From contig MTLY02000002.1 of NCBI GenBank assembly GCA_002011035.2, forward strand, positions 320,001 through 384,000: a stretch of DNA of 64,000 nucleotides, in the 5' to 3' direction. The first letter of the stretch is position 1. Every line of letters starts with the position of its first letter. The notes below the pieces were generated by a model. It was given only the letters and a program-made list of their open reading frames with translations, was not told the DNA's origin and did not search any database. Made by a program: the position numbers and the translations under genes. Of this stretch, positions 54,733 through 64,000 are shown one piece after another. Origin of the DNA: Candidatus Hecatella orcuttiae. Lineage in GTDB: Archaea > Thermoproteota > Bathyarchaeia > Hecatellales > Hecatellaceae.

Positions 54733-55302
54733 TTAGGGGTTGAACTGGGAGAGAGTGTAATAGACTACTTCTCCTCTCCTTTCGATGACCCCTAGGATGG
54801 CTTCCTTCTTGAGGCTGCGGGCGCTGCTCAGGGTTTTAACCAGCTCCTGAACAGGGAGGGGCTCCCCCTCCAGCATGGTGCTGATGAGGAACTTAGCAGG
54901 CTCCTTGCCGTAGGCTCCTCTTTCGTAGACCCGGAAGTGGCTGCCGTGCCCGAAGCCTTTCTTGACGGTGTAGCCTCGGCTTCGAAGGTCTCGGTAGACT
55001 AGGTATTTAGACCAGACCCTCCGGTCTTTCTGAGAGAAAAAAGAAAGCAACTCCTCAAAGCTCATCGCCACGCCGGAGTCTTTCTCCACAACCCGTAGCT
55101 CCCCCTCCGCCACCAAGTAGAGGGCTTCCCAAGAGGCAAGTTCCAAGCGGCCTCGAGTCTCCTCCCCAAAGCCTCGGCTGACGAGGCGGGCGGCCTCAGG
55201 GTCTTTCAAGCTCACGTAAACCTTTTCCCCCTTCACGAACCCTTCCACAGGCCGCTTCTCAGCCGCGGCTTCCTTCTCAGCTCTTCCCTCCTCGGCTTCC
55301 AT
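54733..55302 (-). CDS. endA: tRNA-splicing endonuclease subunit (probably the structural beta subunit)
   Basis: EALYL, YLVYRDLRSRGY.VK.G.G....FRVY; no His in the expected catalytic position (YERGAYGKEPAKFL). Confidence 0.85.
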   Translation of the reverse strand: MEAEEGRAEKEAAAEKRPVEGFVKGEKVYVSLKDPEAARLVSRGFGEETRGRLELASWEALYLVAEGELRVVEKDSGVAMSFEELLSFFSQKDRRVWSKYLVYRDLRSRGYTVKKGFGHGSHFRVYERGAYGKEPAKFLISTMLEGEPLPVQELVKTLSSARSLKKEAILGVIERRGEVVYYTLSQFNP

Positions 55303-55367
55303 GTACCCTTCTCCCTTTCAAGGAAAAAGTGTTAACAGTTAAATTAAGCCTCCAGTTTGAAGCTGCC

Positions 55368-56741
55368 TTAAACCTGCGGCTTGACCATTCTGCCCCATCC
55401 CGGCTTGCCGACGAGGACGCCTTCTTCCACCACCAACGACCCTCGGACAAACGTCATGACGGGGACCCCTCGAACCCTCCACCCATGCCAGGGGGAAACC
55501 TTGCCCCGGCTGTGGAGTTCCTCCACCCTGATAAGCCTCTCCCTTTTCATGTCCACCACCACCAAGTCGGCTTCAGCGCCCACTTGAACGGCCCCCTTCC
55601 TCGGGTAAAGGCCGAAGATTCTAGCCGGGTTCTCGGAGAGAAGTTGAACCAGCTTCTCCAAGGACAGCCGACCCCGGTTCACTTGGGTCAGCATAAGAGG
55701 GAGCAGAGTTTCCACACCGCAAAAACCTGAGGGGGCTTCCCAAAAATCCCTCCACCCCCGCTCCTTCTCCTCCGGGGTGTGAGGAGCATGGTCTGAAGCC
55801 AACGTGTCCACTGTTCCCTCCGCCAAAGCCTCCCATAGGGCCTCTCCGTCTTCGCGGGAACGCAGAGGAGGGTTCACCTTGGCAGCGGGGCCAAGGGTTC
55901 GGAGGTTCTCTTGAGTGAGGAGAAGGTAGTGAGGGCATGTTTCCGCGGTCACCCCAAATCCCGAAGCCTTAGCCCACCTCACTAAGCCGACGGACTCCCG
56001 AGAGGTTGCGTGGACTAGGTGAAGGCGGGCTCCCACCATCTTGGCGGTGAGGAGCACCCTAGCCGCTTCCGCCGCTTCCAAGGGGCTGGGTTTAGCCTCC
56101 GAGTGGGCAGCTGGGTCCCGCCGCCCTTCCTGCCTCAGCCGGTTTTCCAGCTGAGCCGCCAGCCGGGAGTTCTCCGCGTGAACCCCTACGAGAAGCTGGG
56201 AGGAGACCGCGGTCTTCAATATAGCGAGGACCTCCCAGCCGCTTTCAGGCACGGAGAAGATGCTGGCTCCTTCAGCTCGCTCGCGGGCGGAAGCCATCAT
56301 CTTCACCCCCACCGCCCCTGCTTTTTTCAGGGAAGGAGCCTCCGCCAGGTTGTCGGAGGAAATGCCTCCCCAGAGGCCGAAGTCTACGTAGGCTTTTTTC
56401 TCCGCGGCCTCCTTTTTGGCTTGGAAGGCCTGACCGTCCACCGTGGGGGGCTTGGTGTTAGGCATGTCCATGACTGTGGTCACGCCCCCGAAGGCAGCGG
56501 CTTGGGAGCCTGTGGAAAAATCCTCCTTATGGGTTAAGCCCGGCTCCCTGAAATGCACATGGCTGTCCATCACTCCCGGGAGGATGAGGCCGCCTTTCAC
56601 GTCCACAATGAGGTCGGCTTGAACCAGCTCTGGCTCTGTGGTGAAGGCTGCGATCTCCCCACCATCCACCACCAAGCTGGCTTCGAAGATGCCTCCGGGG
56701 GTGAAGATTTTACCTCCCTTGATGAGGACGTCGGCCTTCAT
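55368..56741 (-). CDS. pyrC: Dihydroorotase-family amidohydrolase
   Basis: DSHVHFREPG, DMPNT, ETCPHYL, KVNPPLR, SDHAPH. Confidence 0.8.
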   Translation of the reverse strand: MKADVLIKGGKIFTPGGIFEASLVVDGGEIAAFTTEPELVQADLIVDVKGGLILPGVMDSHVHFREPGLTHKEDFSTGSQAAAFGGVTTVMDMPNTKPPTVDGQAFQAKKEAAEKKAYVDFGLWGGISSDNLAEAPSLKKAGAVGVKMMASARERAEGASIFSVPESGWEVLAILKTAVSSQLLVGVHAENSRLAAQLENRLRQEGRRDPAAHSEAKPSPLEAAEAARVLLTAKMVGARLHLVHATSRESVGLVRWAKASGFGVTAETCPHYLLLTQENLRTLGPAAKVNPPLRSREDGEALWEALAEGTVDTLASDHAPHTPEEKERGWRDFWEAPSGFCGVETLLPLMLTQVNRGRLSLEKLVQLLSENPARIFGLYPRKGAVQVGAEADLVVVDMKRERLIRVEELHSRGKVSPWHGWRVRGVPVMTFVRGSLVVEEGVLVGKPGWGRMVKPQV

Positions 56742-56799
56742 GGCGGTTAAGCCTCGCCTGTCTAAGCCGGTTGGCTCTTTTATATTTAACGACCAACCT

Positions 56800-57234
56800 T
56801 CACCCCGCTTGGGTAGTTTGGGCTAGGGCTTCCAGTTTTTCAACCTCCGCCTTTCTAAATCCCACGTAGAGGCCGTCCCTCTTCCCCCCAACCCAAGTCC
56901 TTGTTTTCTCCCCAGCTTTCAGAACCCTGTTTAAAACCGGAGAGAGGACAGTAACAGTTGGAGGCTGAGCTGACTTGCTGCCAGTGAGTTCCAGCTTTAT
57001 CTCCAGCCCGCCTTTGATTCCTCTCACGGTTAAAAACCGTCCGCCTTTCAAGGGAAGCAGCCCGTCGAGGGCTTCATGCTCCACATCCAAATGCGTTACC
57101 CTAGCTAGGGCATAGCCCTTTAAGTGAACGTAGACCGTTGCATCATGGAGTTCAATTCGGTTGCCGCCTTCTTGAAGGAAAACATGGGCTTTAAGATGAA
57201 TTTTGCCTTCCGCTGGACCTGTCAACCAAGCCAT
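56800..57234 (-). CDS. Hypothetical protein
   Basis: 144-aa ORF, globular composition, no family recognised. Confidence 0.6.
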   Translation of the reverse strand: MAWLTGPAEGKIHLKAHVFLQEGGNRIELHDATVYVHLKGYALARVTHLDVEHEALDGLLPLKGGRFLTVRGIKGGLEIKLELTGSKSAQPPTVTVLSPVLNRVLKAGEKTRTWVGGKRDGLYVGFRKAEVEKLEALAQTTQAG

Positions 57235-57297
57235 CTCCCCCGCTTAAAAAATCCAAGTGTCAAACGGCAAAGAAGCAGCTTCCGGTGGCGCTGTCTC

Positions 57298-58368
57298 CTA
57301 GACAGATTTGAAAGAGCATATTTTGGTGGGTTCTTCCAGAATTCGGTTGATTGTGACTTCGGCTATGGTCTTGTAGTAGGTTGAAATCTGGATTAGGTTC
57401 CCCACGATCTGGCTGAGGTTCAAGCATACTAAGCAAGGGTCGGAGACACCTCGCTTCCGCATCTCTGCGAAATTCCCAGCTATCTTTTCCGTCAGCCTTT
57501 TTTCTCCCTTCACGCTTACCTCCACGGTTTCGATGACATCGTTGGCTAGGGCCATGTCCTTGGTGAAAAAGGCTCTGAAAATCTTATCCGAAATCCCTTT
57601 GATCACTTCGTTGTATTCGCGAATCTCCTCCAACAGCCGAGACTCTGTTAAACCCCTCTCCAGAAGCTGAAGAACACCATAAGCCATGGTTTCCACAAAG
57701 TCCCCGATCCTCTCTAGGCACACGGCGATGACCCTGTTGCCGGAGATGTGCGTCGGAGACTCAATGCCTATCTTCTTAGCCAGCTCCGGCTTCCGCATGG
57801 CCGTGAGAAGCTGCCTGATAATCAGCCAGTAGATTCTGTCTGCCTCTACCTCCATATGCAAGGCCTCTTGGGCGAGCTCCGGCCGGCGTTCCAAGAGGGC
57901 TCTGACGGTGGCCTCCTGCATGGAGCTCACGATGACATGGAGGCGGCTGATGAGGCCGTAGATGGGAAACTTGGTTGAGTCCACAAAGCTTTGAAGGATA
58001 ACCTTCTTCAACGTCTGCTCCACTACCCCCAAGCCTGTAAGCTGCTTGACGGTGTTGCGGATTTCTTCAAAATGCCGAGGATGAATTTCCTTGTTCGCCT
58101 CTACCTCCATGGTGTCGTGGCCGAGAAGATAGTTTCCTGTGAGGACTCTCGTCAGCATGCCTTCCCCTTCGCAGAGGTCGCTTTTGATGATACATTTCAC
58201 AGGCTTTTCCTCCGCCATCTTGCTGGGATAGATTCTAAGGGAACCGTCGTCCTCCCTTTTGATGTAGACGATGTCTCCCTTCTTTAAACCGGTCTCTACA
58301 CTCCAATCTCGAGGTAAGGATACGATGAAGGTTGAAACGCTTACCTGCTGGATTTTTCTAGCCTCCAA
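57298..58368 (-). CDS. AbrB-PhoU phosphate uptake regulator (second paralog)
   Basis: RKIQ....TFIVSLPRDW....LKKGD, EADRIYW, LERIGD. Confidence 0.87.
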   Translation of the reverse strand: MEARKIQQVSVSTFIVSLPRDWSVETGLKKGDIVYIKREDDGSLRIYPSKMAEEKPVKCIIKSDLCEGEGMLTRVLTGNYLLGHDTMEVEANKEIHPRHFEEIRNTVKQLTGLGVVEQTLKKVILQSFVDSTKFPIYGLISRLHVIVSSMQEATVRALLERRPELAQEALHMEVEADRIYWLIIRQLLTAMRKPELAKKIGIESPTHISGNRVIAVCLERIGDFVETMAYGVLQLLERGLTESRLLEEIREYNEVIKGISDKIFRAFFTKDMALANDVIETVEVSVKGEKRLTEKIAGNFAEMRKRGVSDPCLVCLNLSQIVGNLIQISTYYKTIAEVTINRILEEPTKICSFKSV

Positions 58369-58519
58369 ACCCCTCGTCCTCCGAGCTCTTGTGATTAAAT
58401 CCTTATAATAAACATGAATATAAAGATATTATAACCTAATATATTTTAAAAAATCCCCCCGCAATGTAATTATGCTCTCTATACTAAGCCAAAAGTCGAC
58501 ATAGCCGTGAATAAAAAAT

Positions 58520-59110
58520 ATGGGAAGCCAAAAACATATATTTTCCAGCAGTCAAAACCTGAAACGCAGCCTCTTGGAGGAAGGAAGGGTTAAACGTAAA
58601 CTTCTCCTCCCCAACCTAAGGTCGAAGCTGAAGAAGCCTTTAGGCGAACTTTTGAAAGAAGCAGAAGCCAGCGTAGAAAAGAGGCTGCGGAAGAAGCTTG
58701 AACAACTCAAGCCCCCCAAACTGGTGGCCGTGGGGGACCAGACTTCCGCGGCGCTGGAGAGAATGGGAATCAAAGCCGACCTCTACATCGTGGACGGAAA
58801 GGTTGAAAGACGAAAAACCTCCGAGTTAAAGTTGTATCCCTCCAAGGTTTTGAGGGTCGAAAACCCAGCCGGTGTTTTGACGGAAGCAGCCTTGGTAGCT
58901 GTGAGGGAGGCCTTGGAGTCGGAGGAAGCGGGGGTTATCCTTGTCGAGGGGGAGGAAGACCTGCTGACCCTGCCAGCAATTTTATATGCTCCCAAGGAAT
59001 CTTTGGTTCTCTACGGGCAGCCCGGAGAAGGTGTGGTAGCGGTAAGGGTCACCGCTGAAAGGAAAAAATTCGCTGAAAAGATCATAAGCCGCATGGAAGA
59101 GGTTGAATAA
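58520..59110 (+). CDS. GTP-dependent dephospho-CoA kinase (DUF359)
   Basis: LKKPLG, VGD, VDGK..R, NPAG, GEEDLL.LP, YGQP.EG. Confidence 0.9.
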   Translation: MGSQKHIFSSSQNLKRSLLEEGRVKRKLLLPNLRSKLKKPLGELLKEAEASVEKRLRKKLEQLKPPKLVAVGDQTSAALERMGIKADLYIVDGKVERRKTSELKLYPSKVLRVENPAGVLTEAALVAVREALESEEAGVILVEGEEDLLTLPAILYAPKESLVLYGQPGEGVVAVRVTAERKKFAEKIISRMEEVE

Positions 59111-59315
59111 AAAATTGTCGGAAAGGGTAAGGAAACCTGAAAAAGGAGTTTGGAGCCGCTACGAAGTCGACTACCAGACGGGAAAAGTTACCTTCAAGAA
59201 TAAAAGATGCCCCCGCTGCAAGAAAACCATGGCCCGCCATGATAACCCATCCCGCTGGGCTTGCGGCGGCTGCGGATACATGGAATACATCAAAAAAGCA
59301 GCGGAAAAAACCTGA
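59103..59315 (+). CDS. rps27ae: Ribosomal protein eS31 (S27ae)
   Basis: CPRC...MA.H...RWACGGC. Confidence 0.92.
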   Translation: MNKKLSERVRKPEKGVWSRYEVDYQTGKVTFKNKRCPRCKKTMARHDNPSRWACGGCGYMEYIKKAAEKT

Positions 59316-59320
59316 AACAG

Positions 59321-59677
59321 CTACTTTTTGGGCGCGGCGGCTTTCTTCGCTTTTTTCTCCTTCAGAAGTTTTTCCTTTTCGCTTTTGGGCAGTCCTCTCC
59401 AAGCAAAATATTTGGGAATTACTTGCTCCGCTTTTTCCGGAGAAAAATAGGCGTGGACTGTTCCCCGAGTTTTCCATGTGCGTGTCTTGGTCTCCATCTT
59501 GACGATGTGGACGAGGCTGGGGTCCGCGTTCAGCTTCCCGGCGAGTTTCTCCCGGACCTCCTTCCTGCTCGGCGTGGAGGACATGGTGTGAACGACTTCA
59601 AAGACAGCCTCCTTTCTACTGAGGAGAGGGTTTTCTTTTTCTTCGACGATGTTAACCTCAAACTTGGGGGAAGACAT
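59321..59677 (-). CDS. rps24e: Ribosomal protein eS24
   Basis: ENPLLSRKE, TPSRKEVREKLA. Confidence 0.9.
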   Translation of the reverse strand: MSSPKFEVNIVEEKENPLLSRKEAVFEVVHTMSSTPSRKEVREKLAGKLNADPSLVHIVKMETKTRTWKTRGTVHAYFSPEKAEQVIPKYFAWRGLPKSEKEKLLKEKKAKKAAAPKK

Positions 59678-59761
59678 TTCAACTACTCAGCCGGCGCTCA
59701 AGGTTTCTGGTAAAATAGGAGCCGAAGTTTATATAAACCAATCGCCCCGCCAGAGAAGCTT

Positions 59762-60325
59762 TCACAAATTTTTCTTCCTTGAGGCGGCCTTGATCTTCAA
59801 GGCTAGAGACCGCATATGGCGGGTGCTGGCGACGTAGGCTGCCAAAGCCATCTTGAGGGCATCGCCGGGAAGGAAGGGCAAGACCCCCACGGCCACAGCC
59901 CGCTTCAAGCTGAAATCCAGGTAGAAAGAAAGCTGAACAGCTCCCAAGCTGTAGATGATGGCCGTTCCCAGCAACATGGAAAGGAAGACGTAGACGAAGC
60001 GTCTCTCCCCCTTTAACTCCGTCAATTTTCCGATGACATAGGCTCCCAGAACGAATCCTGCTAGGTATCCGCCTGTAGGGCCGAGGAGGACGCCGAAGCC
60101 AGCCATGCCTCCCGCGAACACCGGGAACCCAACGCCGCCTAAGCCTATGTAGACCAGCTGACTGAGGGCAGCTAAACGGCCGCCTAACACGGCGCCGGCT
60201 AGATAGACGAAGAAGGTCTGGAGCGTGATGGGCACAAGGTAGAGGGGGATGGAAATATACGCGCCTATGGCGGTGAGGGCGGCGAAGAGGGCGGCGAGGG
60301 TAATTTCGAAAGGCTTCATCCTCAT
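59762..60325 (-). CDS. bioY: Biotin transporter BioY
   Basis: VPITLQTF, G.PVFAG, GPTGGYL.GF, PFLPGD..K. Confidence 0.93.
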   Translation of the reverse strand: MRMKPFEITLAALFAALTAIGAYISIPLYLVPITLQTFFVYLAGAVLGGRLAALSQLVYIGLGGVGFPVFAGGMAGFGVLLGPTGGYLAGFVLGAYVIGKLTELKGERRFVYVFLSMLLGTAIIYSLGAVQLSFYLDFSLKRAVAVGVLPFLPGDALKMALAAYVASTRHMRSLALKIKAASRKKNL

Positions 60326-60344
60326 GGTTTTTCTCAGGTTCTAA

Positions 60345-60378
60345 AATGTAAACTTAAACTTCTTATAAAGTTAACGAT
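60345..60378. promoter_or_regulatory. BirA operator overlapping the bioY TATA box
   Basis: AATGTAAAC-N16-GTTAACGAT fits the BirA consensus wwTGTtAAC-N15/16-GTTaACAww; minus-strand TTTATAAG lies in the spacer. Confidence 0.75.
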
Positions 60379-61390
60379 TCCTCAGCACCTTCACATCCCC
60401 GGCCAAAACCTGCCTCAGCGAGCCGTCTGCAAGCTTCAGAAGCAGCCCCCCCGTCCCATCCAAGTCCACGGCTTCCCCCTCCACGGCTTCTCCTTGAAAC
60501 TCAACCCTAACCCACCTGCCCAAGGTGTCTGAGAGTCTTTTCCACGCATTCAGGATGGCGGTGAAATCACGGCGGAGAAACAAGCGGTAAAGCTTCTCTT
60601 TCTCCTCTAGGAGCACTTGCACAAATGTTGTTCGGGAGATTTCCCTGCCAGCCTCGTCCTTCAGACATGTGGCAGCCTCTCTCAGCCTCGGATCCAAGGA
60701 CGCCGGGTTGACGTTGACGTTCACTCCCACCCCCACGATAACGTAGTTGATGAGGTCTGTTTCCGCGTTTATCTTGGTCAAGATCCCTGAAACCTTTCTT
60801 CCCTCTAACAGCACATCGTTAGGCCACTTGAGCTTTGCCTCCAGATGACAGACCCTCCAAATGGCGCGGGCGACAGCCACCGCTGCCATGAGACTGAGAA
60901 TGGGCGCATATCGGGGATGAATCTTCGGCCGGAGGATGATGGACAGCCATACACCGCCTTGGGGGGAAAGCCACATCCTTCCCATTCGGCCTTTTCCTCG
61001 CTTCTGGGTTTCAGCAACCACCACAAGGCCTTCTTCCCCGCCGGCTTGAGCCAGTTCTTCAGCTTTATCCATGGTGGAATCCAGCTCATCGAAGCGGTGG
61101 ACGCTGTGGCCTATGAGGCTTCTACCCCGTTGAGCTTGAATCTCCCATGGGAAGAGAACGTCGGGGACACCCAGCAGACGGTAGCCCAGCTTGGGCTTAG
61201 ATTCGATGGTGTAACCGTCTTTGCGGAGGGCTTGAATCTGCTTCCACACAGCCGCCCTAGTAACCTTCAGCTCCGCGCTCAGCTTTTCACCGGATACGAA
61301 CTTTCCGTCTTTCTCCTTGAGGCTTTTCAGAACAAGTTCTTTCGCGTTTAAGGCCACCGACGCTTCTCCCAAGATATTTCTCTGATTCAA
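60371..61390 (-). CDS. birA: Bifunctional biotin ligase/repressor BirA
   Basis: HTH SGEKLS...VTRAAVWKQI; Q..GKGRMGR.W.SP, KWPND, KVSGIL. Confidence 0.95.
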   Translation of the reverse strand: MNQRNILGEASVALNAKELVLKSLKEKDGKFVSGEKLSAELKVTRAAVWKQIQALRKDGYTIESKPKLGYRLLGVPDVLFPWEIQAQRGRSLIGHSVHRFDELDSTMDKAEELAQAGGEEGLVVVAETQKRGKGRMGRMWLSPQGGVWLSIILRPKIHPRYAPILSLMAAVAVARAIWRVCHLEAKLKWPNDVLLEGRKVSGILTKINAETDLINYVIVGVGVNVNVNPASLDPRLREAATCLKDEAGREISRTTFVQVLLEEKEKLYRLFLRRDFTAILNAWKRLSDTLGRWVRVEFQGEAVEGEAVDLDGTGGLLLKLADGSLRQVLAGDVKVLRNR

Positions 61391-61443
61391 GGGAATAAAA
61401 ACGCGCAGTGCGGGCTTCAGCTTTAGACTTCAGCTTCCCCCGC

Positions 61444-62211
61444 TCAACTGTAATGTTCGTGGTAAGGCCTGCGGGCTGCTGGGATCAGCTTAGTGAAGCC
61501 GTCTTTCAGAATTCTGTCAGTATCGTAACCGAAGTGTCTAGAAAATTTTTCCACCAGTTCCCGGAGCAGCCTTAGGTCTTCTCCATTCATCTCAACAGAA
61601 CGGACGTGATTGTTCAAACCTGAAATTTCCCCTCTAAGATATATGGTTCCCCCGTGCATTCCTGTGCCTAGGAAGTTCGCCTTCCCTTCCCTTTCCCCGC
61701 TCCCGTTCAGCCTCAAGAGGACGATGACGCCTCCCGCCATGTACTCGCCTAGGAAGTCCCCCGCGTTCCCGCCTACCACAAGAACGGGTTTCCTTTCCTG
61801 AAAGCCTTTCATATGAATGGCAGCTCTGTAGCCTACGCAGCCGCGGATGAAGATCCGTCCGCCCCTCATGGCATAGCCTACGATGTCGCCTGCGTGGCCA
61901 TGCACCACAACCTCGCCGCCGGCCATGGTATTGCCGCAGCCGTCCTCTACGTTGCCGTAAACGGTTATCCTTGAGCCTCCCATGAAGGAAGCTAGGTCTC
62001 CGCCAGGTGTGCCGTGGATTTCAACCTCTACACCGTGGCTTAACCCTGCTCCAATGTACCTCTGCCCGTGAACGTTGAGGATCCGAAGCTTCTTCGCGCC
62101 TTCGAAAACAGCTTTCTTGATAAGCCCGTTTAGGACCCTGTGGTGGAGGCCTTGGGCGTCGATGACAGCCGTAGTCTCCTCAACTTTCATCTTTTCATGT
62201 TCCACCATCAA
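61444..62211 (-). CDS. Glutamate synthase GXGXG-domain subunit (split GltB domain 3)
   Basis: GQRYIG, GDFLGEYMAGG, GTGMHGG. Confidence 0.88.
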   Translation of the reverse strand: MMVEHEKMKVEETTAVIDAQGLHHRVLNGLIKKAVFEGAKKLRILNVHGQRYIGAGLSHGVEVEIHGTPGGDLASFMGGSRITVYGNVEDGCGNTMAGGEVVVHGHAGDIVGYAMRGGRIFIRGCVGYRAAIHMKGFQERKPVLVVGGNAGDFLGEYMAGGVIVLLRLNGSGEREGKANFLGTGMHGGTIYLRGEISGLNNHVRSVEMNGEDLRLLRELVEKFSRHFGYDTDRILKDGFTKLIPAARRPYHEHYS

Positions 62212-62235
62212 CCACGTTCCTCCTAGCGGTGGAAA

Positions 62236-63750
62236 CTACTCTCCAGCCATCTTCACCCCTAAAACTTTCAACTCACCCTCCGTCAGCCCTACGCCGCGGA
62301 GGTGAAGCCTGTTTCCCCTCAAGCTTTCAACAGAGTTCATTCCCATACCCCCCAGCATCATTTTGATTTCAAGACTCCACGCTTGGAGCAAGTTTATCAG
62401 CCTTCGGGAGGCTGTGTCCGGGCTGAGCCTTTTCGAAATCTCCAGATCGGTTGTGGCTATGCCCCATGGACACTTACCCGTGTAGCATTTTTGGCAGAGG
62501 CTGCAGCCCATGGCCACTAAGGCAGCTGTGCCTATGTAGACGGCGTCAGCGCCCAAGGCTATTGCCTTCACCACATCAGCGCTGTTTCTAATTCCCCCTC
62601 CCACGATGATCGAGGCGCGGTTACGGATTCCCTCATCCCTTAGACGCTGGTCCACCGCCGCCAACGCCAGCTCTAAAGGTATGCCCACATTGTCCCTCAC
62701 AACTAGAGGCGCGGCTCCTGTAGCTCCCCTCATGCCGTCTATCACCACAGCGTCGGCTCCCGCCCTCACGATTCCACTGGCGATGGCCGCTGAATTATGA
62801 ACCGCCGCTATCTTCACGAAAACCGGCTTCACGTAGTCGGTGGCCTCTTTCAACGCGTAGATAAGCTGCCGGAGGTCTTCGATGGAGTAAATGTCGTGGT
62901 GGGGAGCCGGTGAAAGGGCGTCGGTGCCTTCGGGGATCATGCGGGTTTCAGAGACTTCCCGGGTAACCTTCTCCCCTGGAAGATGGCCGCCGATACCCGG
63001 CTTGGCGCCCTGACCGATCTTAACCTCTATGCCCGCTGCGGCGTTGAGGTAGTCGATGTGCACTCCGAACCTTGCGGAGGCCACCTGAACTATGCAGCGC
63101 CCCCCATACGGGTACAGCCTCTTGTGGAGGCCCCCTTCCCCTGCGTTGAATAGGGTTCTGAACTCCAAAGCAGCCTGTGCCAGAGCCTCTTGCGCCTCTA
63201 AGCTGATGGCCCCGTAGGACATGGCTGCGAAGAGGATGGGAGTCTCCAAGGTCAACTGAGGGGCGATGGCTGTTTCTAGCACAGGCCCATCGCCGCTGTC
63301 GCAGACTTCCAAGCGGTCAGGTTTACTTCCCAAGTAGGTGCGCAGCTCCACAGGCTCTCTCAGGGGGTCGATGGAAGGATTGGTCACCTGACTGGCGTTT
63401 AGAAGGAGTTTATCCCAGTAGACGGGCATGGAAGTGTCGCAGCCCATTCCTGCGAGAAGGATTCCCCCCTTCTCCGCTTGGCTGACCGTCGCCCGTATGG
63501 TCTTCTCCGCCCAGTAGAAGTTCTCCCGGTAGGCGGTGGGGTTCTTCACCACAGCTATGGCTTGAACGGGGCAGAATATTACGCATCGGTGGCAGTTAAC
63601 GCATTTTTCGCTTCTAACACTGAGCCCTCTGCTCTCTCTGTTGTGAGAGAACACGCCGTAGGTGCATTGGACTACACAGGCTAGACAGAGAGTACAGCGG
63701 TCTCCGTCCACCTGCACCAAGTATTCAGAAAGCAGGTAGCTTTTCATCAA
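62236..63750 (-). CDS. gltB: Glutamate synthase FMN-binding subunit with N-terminal 2x[4Fe-4S] domain
   Basis: Two CxxCxxCxxxC motifs, AMSYGA, QVASARFGV, KIGQGAKPGIGGHLPG, SPAPHHDIYSIEDL. Confidence 0.92.
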   Translation of the reverse strand: MMKSYLLSEYLVQVDGDRCTLCLACVVQCTYGVFSHNRESRGLSVRSEKCVNCHRCVIFCPVQAIAVVKNPTAYRENFYWAEKTIRATVSQAEKGGILLAGMGCDTSMPVYWDKLLLNASQVTNPSIDPLREPVELRTYLGSKPDRLEVCDSGDGPVLETAIAPQLTLETPILFAAMSYGAISLEAQEALAQAALEFRTLFNAGEGGLHKRLYPYGGRCIVQVASARFGVHIDYLNAAAGIEVKIGQGAKPGIGGHLPGEKVTREVSETRMIPEGTDALSPAPHHDIYSIEDLRQLIYALKEATDYVKPVFVKIAAVHNSAAIASGIVRAGADAVVIDGMRGATGAAPLVVRDNVGIPLELALAAVDQRLRDEGIRNRASIIVGGGIRNSADVVKAIALGADAVYIGTAALVAMGCSLCQKCYTGKCPWGIATTDLEISKRLSPDTASRRLINLLQAWSLEIKMMLGGMGMNSVESLRGNRLHLRGVGLTEGELKVLGVKMAGE

Positions 63751-64000
63751 ACCTCACTGGAAGCCAGAAGTTTTTCAACTGCCTGAGCCCTCAGCCTGCC
63801 CACAACCAACTCGCCTCCTTTGGGACGCCAGCATCTCTCCACACTCGGACAAACCAAGCGGATGGCTGCCTCTTCGGAGGACATGTAAATCAGGTCATCC
63901 TTAACGCCGACGCAGAGAGGCCGCAATTTTATCCGGTCAGTCAGCCCCACCATTTCACCGCGGCTTGTAAATATCACCGTGAAAGGTCCGTTCATCAGCA
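63747..64000 (-). CDS. Glutamate synthase amidotransferase subunit (C-terminal part, runs off the window)
   Basis: NGPF, DRIKLRPL, SSEEAAI; 4-nt overlap with the gltB start. Confidence 0.85.
   Translation of the reverse strand, partial: LMNGPFTVIFTSRGEMVGLTDRIKLRPLCVGVKDDLIYMSSEEAAIRLVCPSVERCWRPKGGELVVGRLRAQAVEKLLASSEV

Noticed and set aside
2465-63684. Numerous 60-185 aa antisense or alternate-frame ORFs in the ORF track
   Set aside because: They lie within well-supported genes and have no recognisable motifs; expected shadows in GC-rich coding DNA
1-64000. Transposases, integrases, defence systems, selenocysteine or pyrrolysine recoding
   Set aside because: No such motifs and no in-frame stop interrupting a recognisable gene were noticed, although this was checked by eye only

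Overview
Gene-dense archaeal chromosomal window. The gene set (PolD small subunit, ESCRT-III/CdvB, eL38, single-OB SSB, Hjc, Cdc6/Orc1, a non-catalytic-type splicing endonuclease subunit) suggests a TACK archaeon, possibly Bathyarchaeia-like; this taxonomy is inference. About 65 mostly housekeeping CDSs and four tRNA genes are present: Phe-GAA with three non-canonical BHB introns, Ser-CGA with two introns, and intron-less Cys-GCA and Leu-TAG. The centre is a replication origin (cdc6 plus three ORB boxes around an AT-rich spacer, ~31.5-31.8 kb). Immediately next to it is an unexplained AT-rich module of three predicted DNA-binding proteins, one membrane-anchored (TM + coiled coil + wHTH), around a ~380-bp non-coding array of TCAC-N2-GTGA palindromes. 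This is a candidate origin-tethering, segregation or second-initiator system. About 5 kb away, an ordinary CdvB-type ESCRT-III gene is followed by a paralog fused to a multi-pass transmembrane domain. Also seen: a ParA with a tiny basic partner, two candidate structured ncRNAs, a BirA operator, and several genes that appear to need CTG/ATT starts. No CRISPR array, transposase or integrase was seen. All protein calls come from motif recognition by eye, not database searches.
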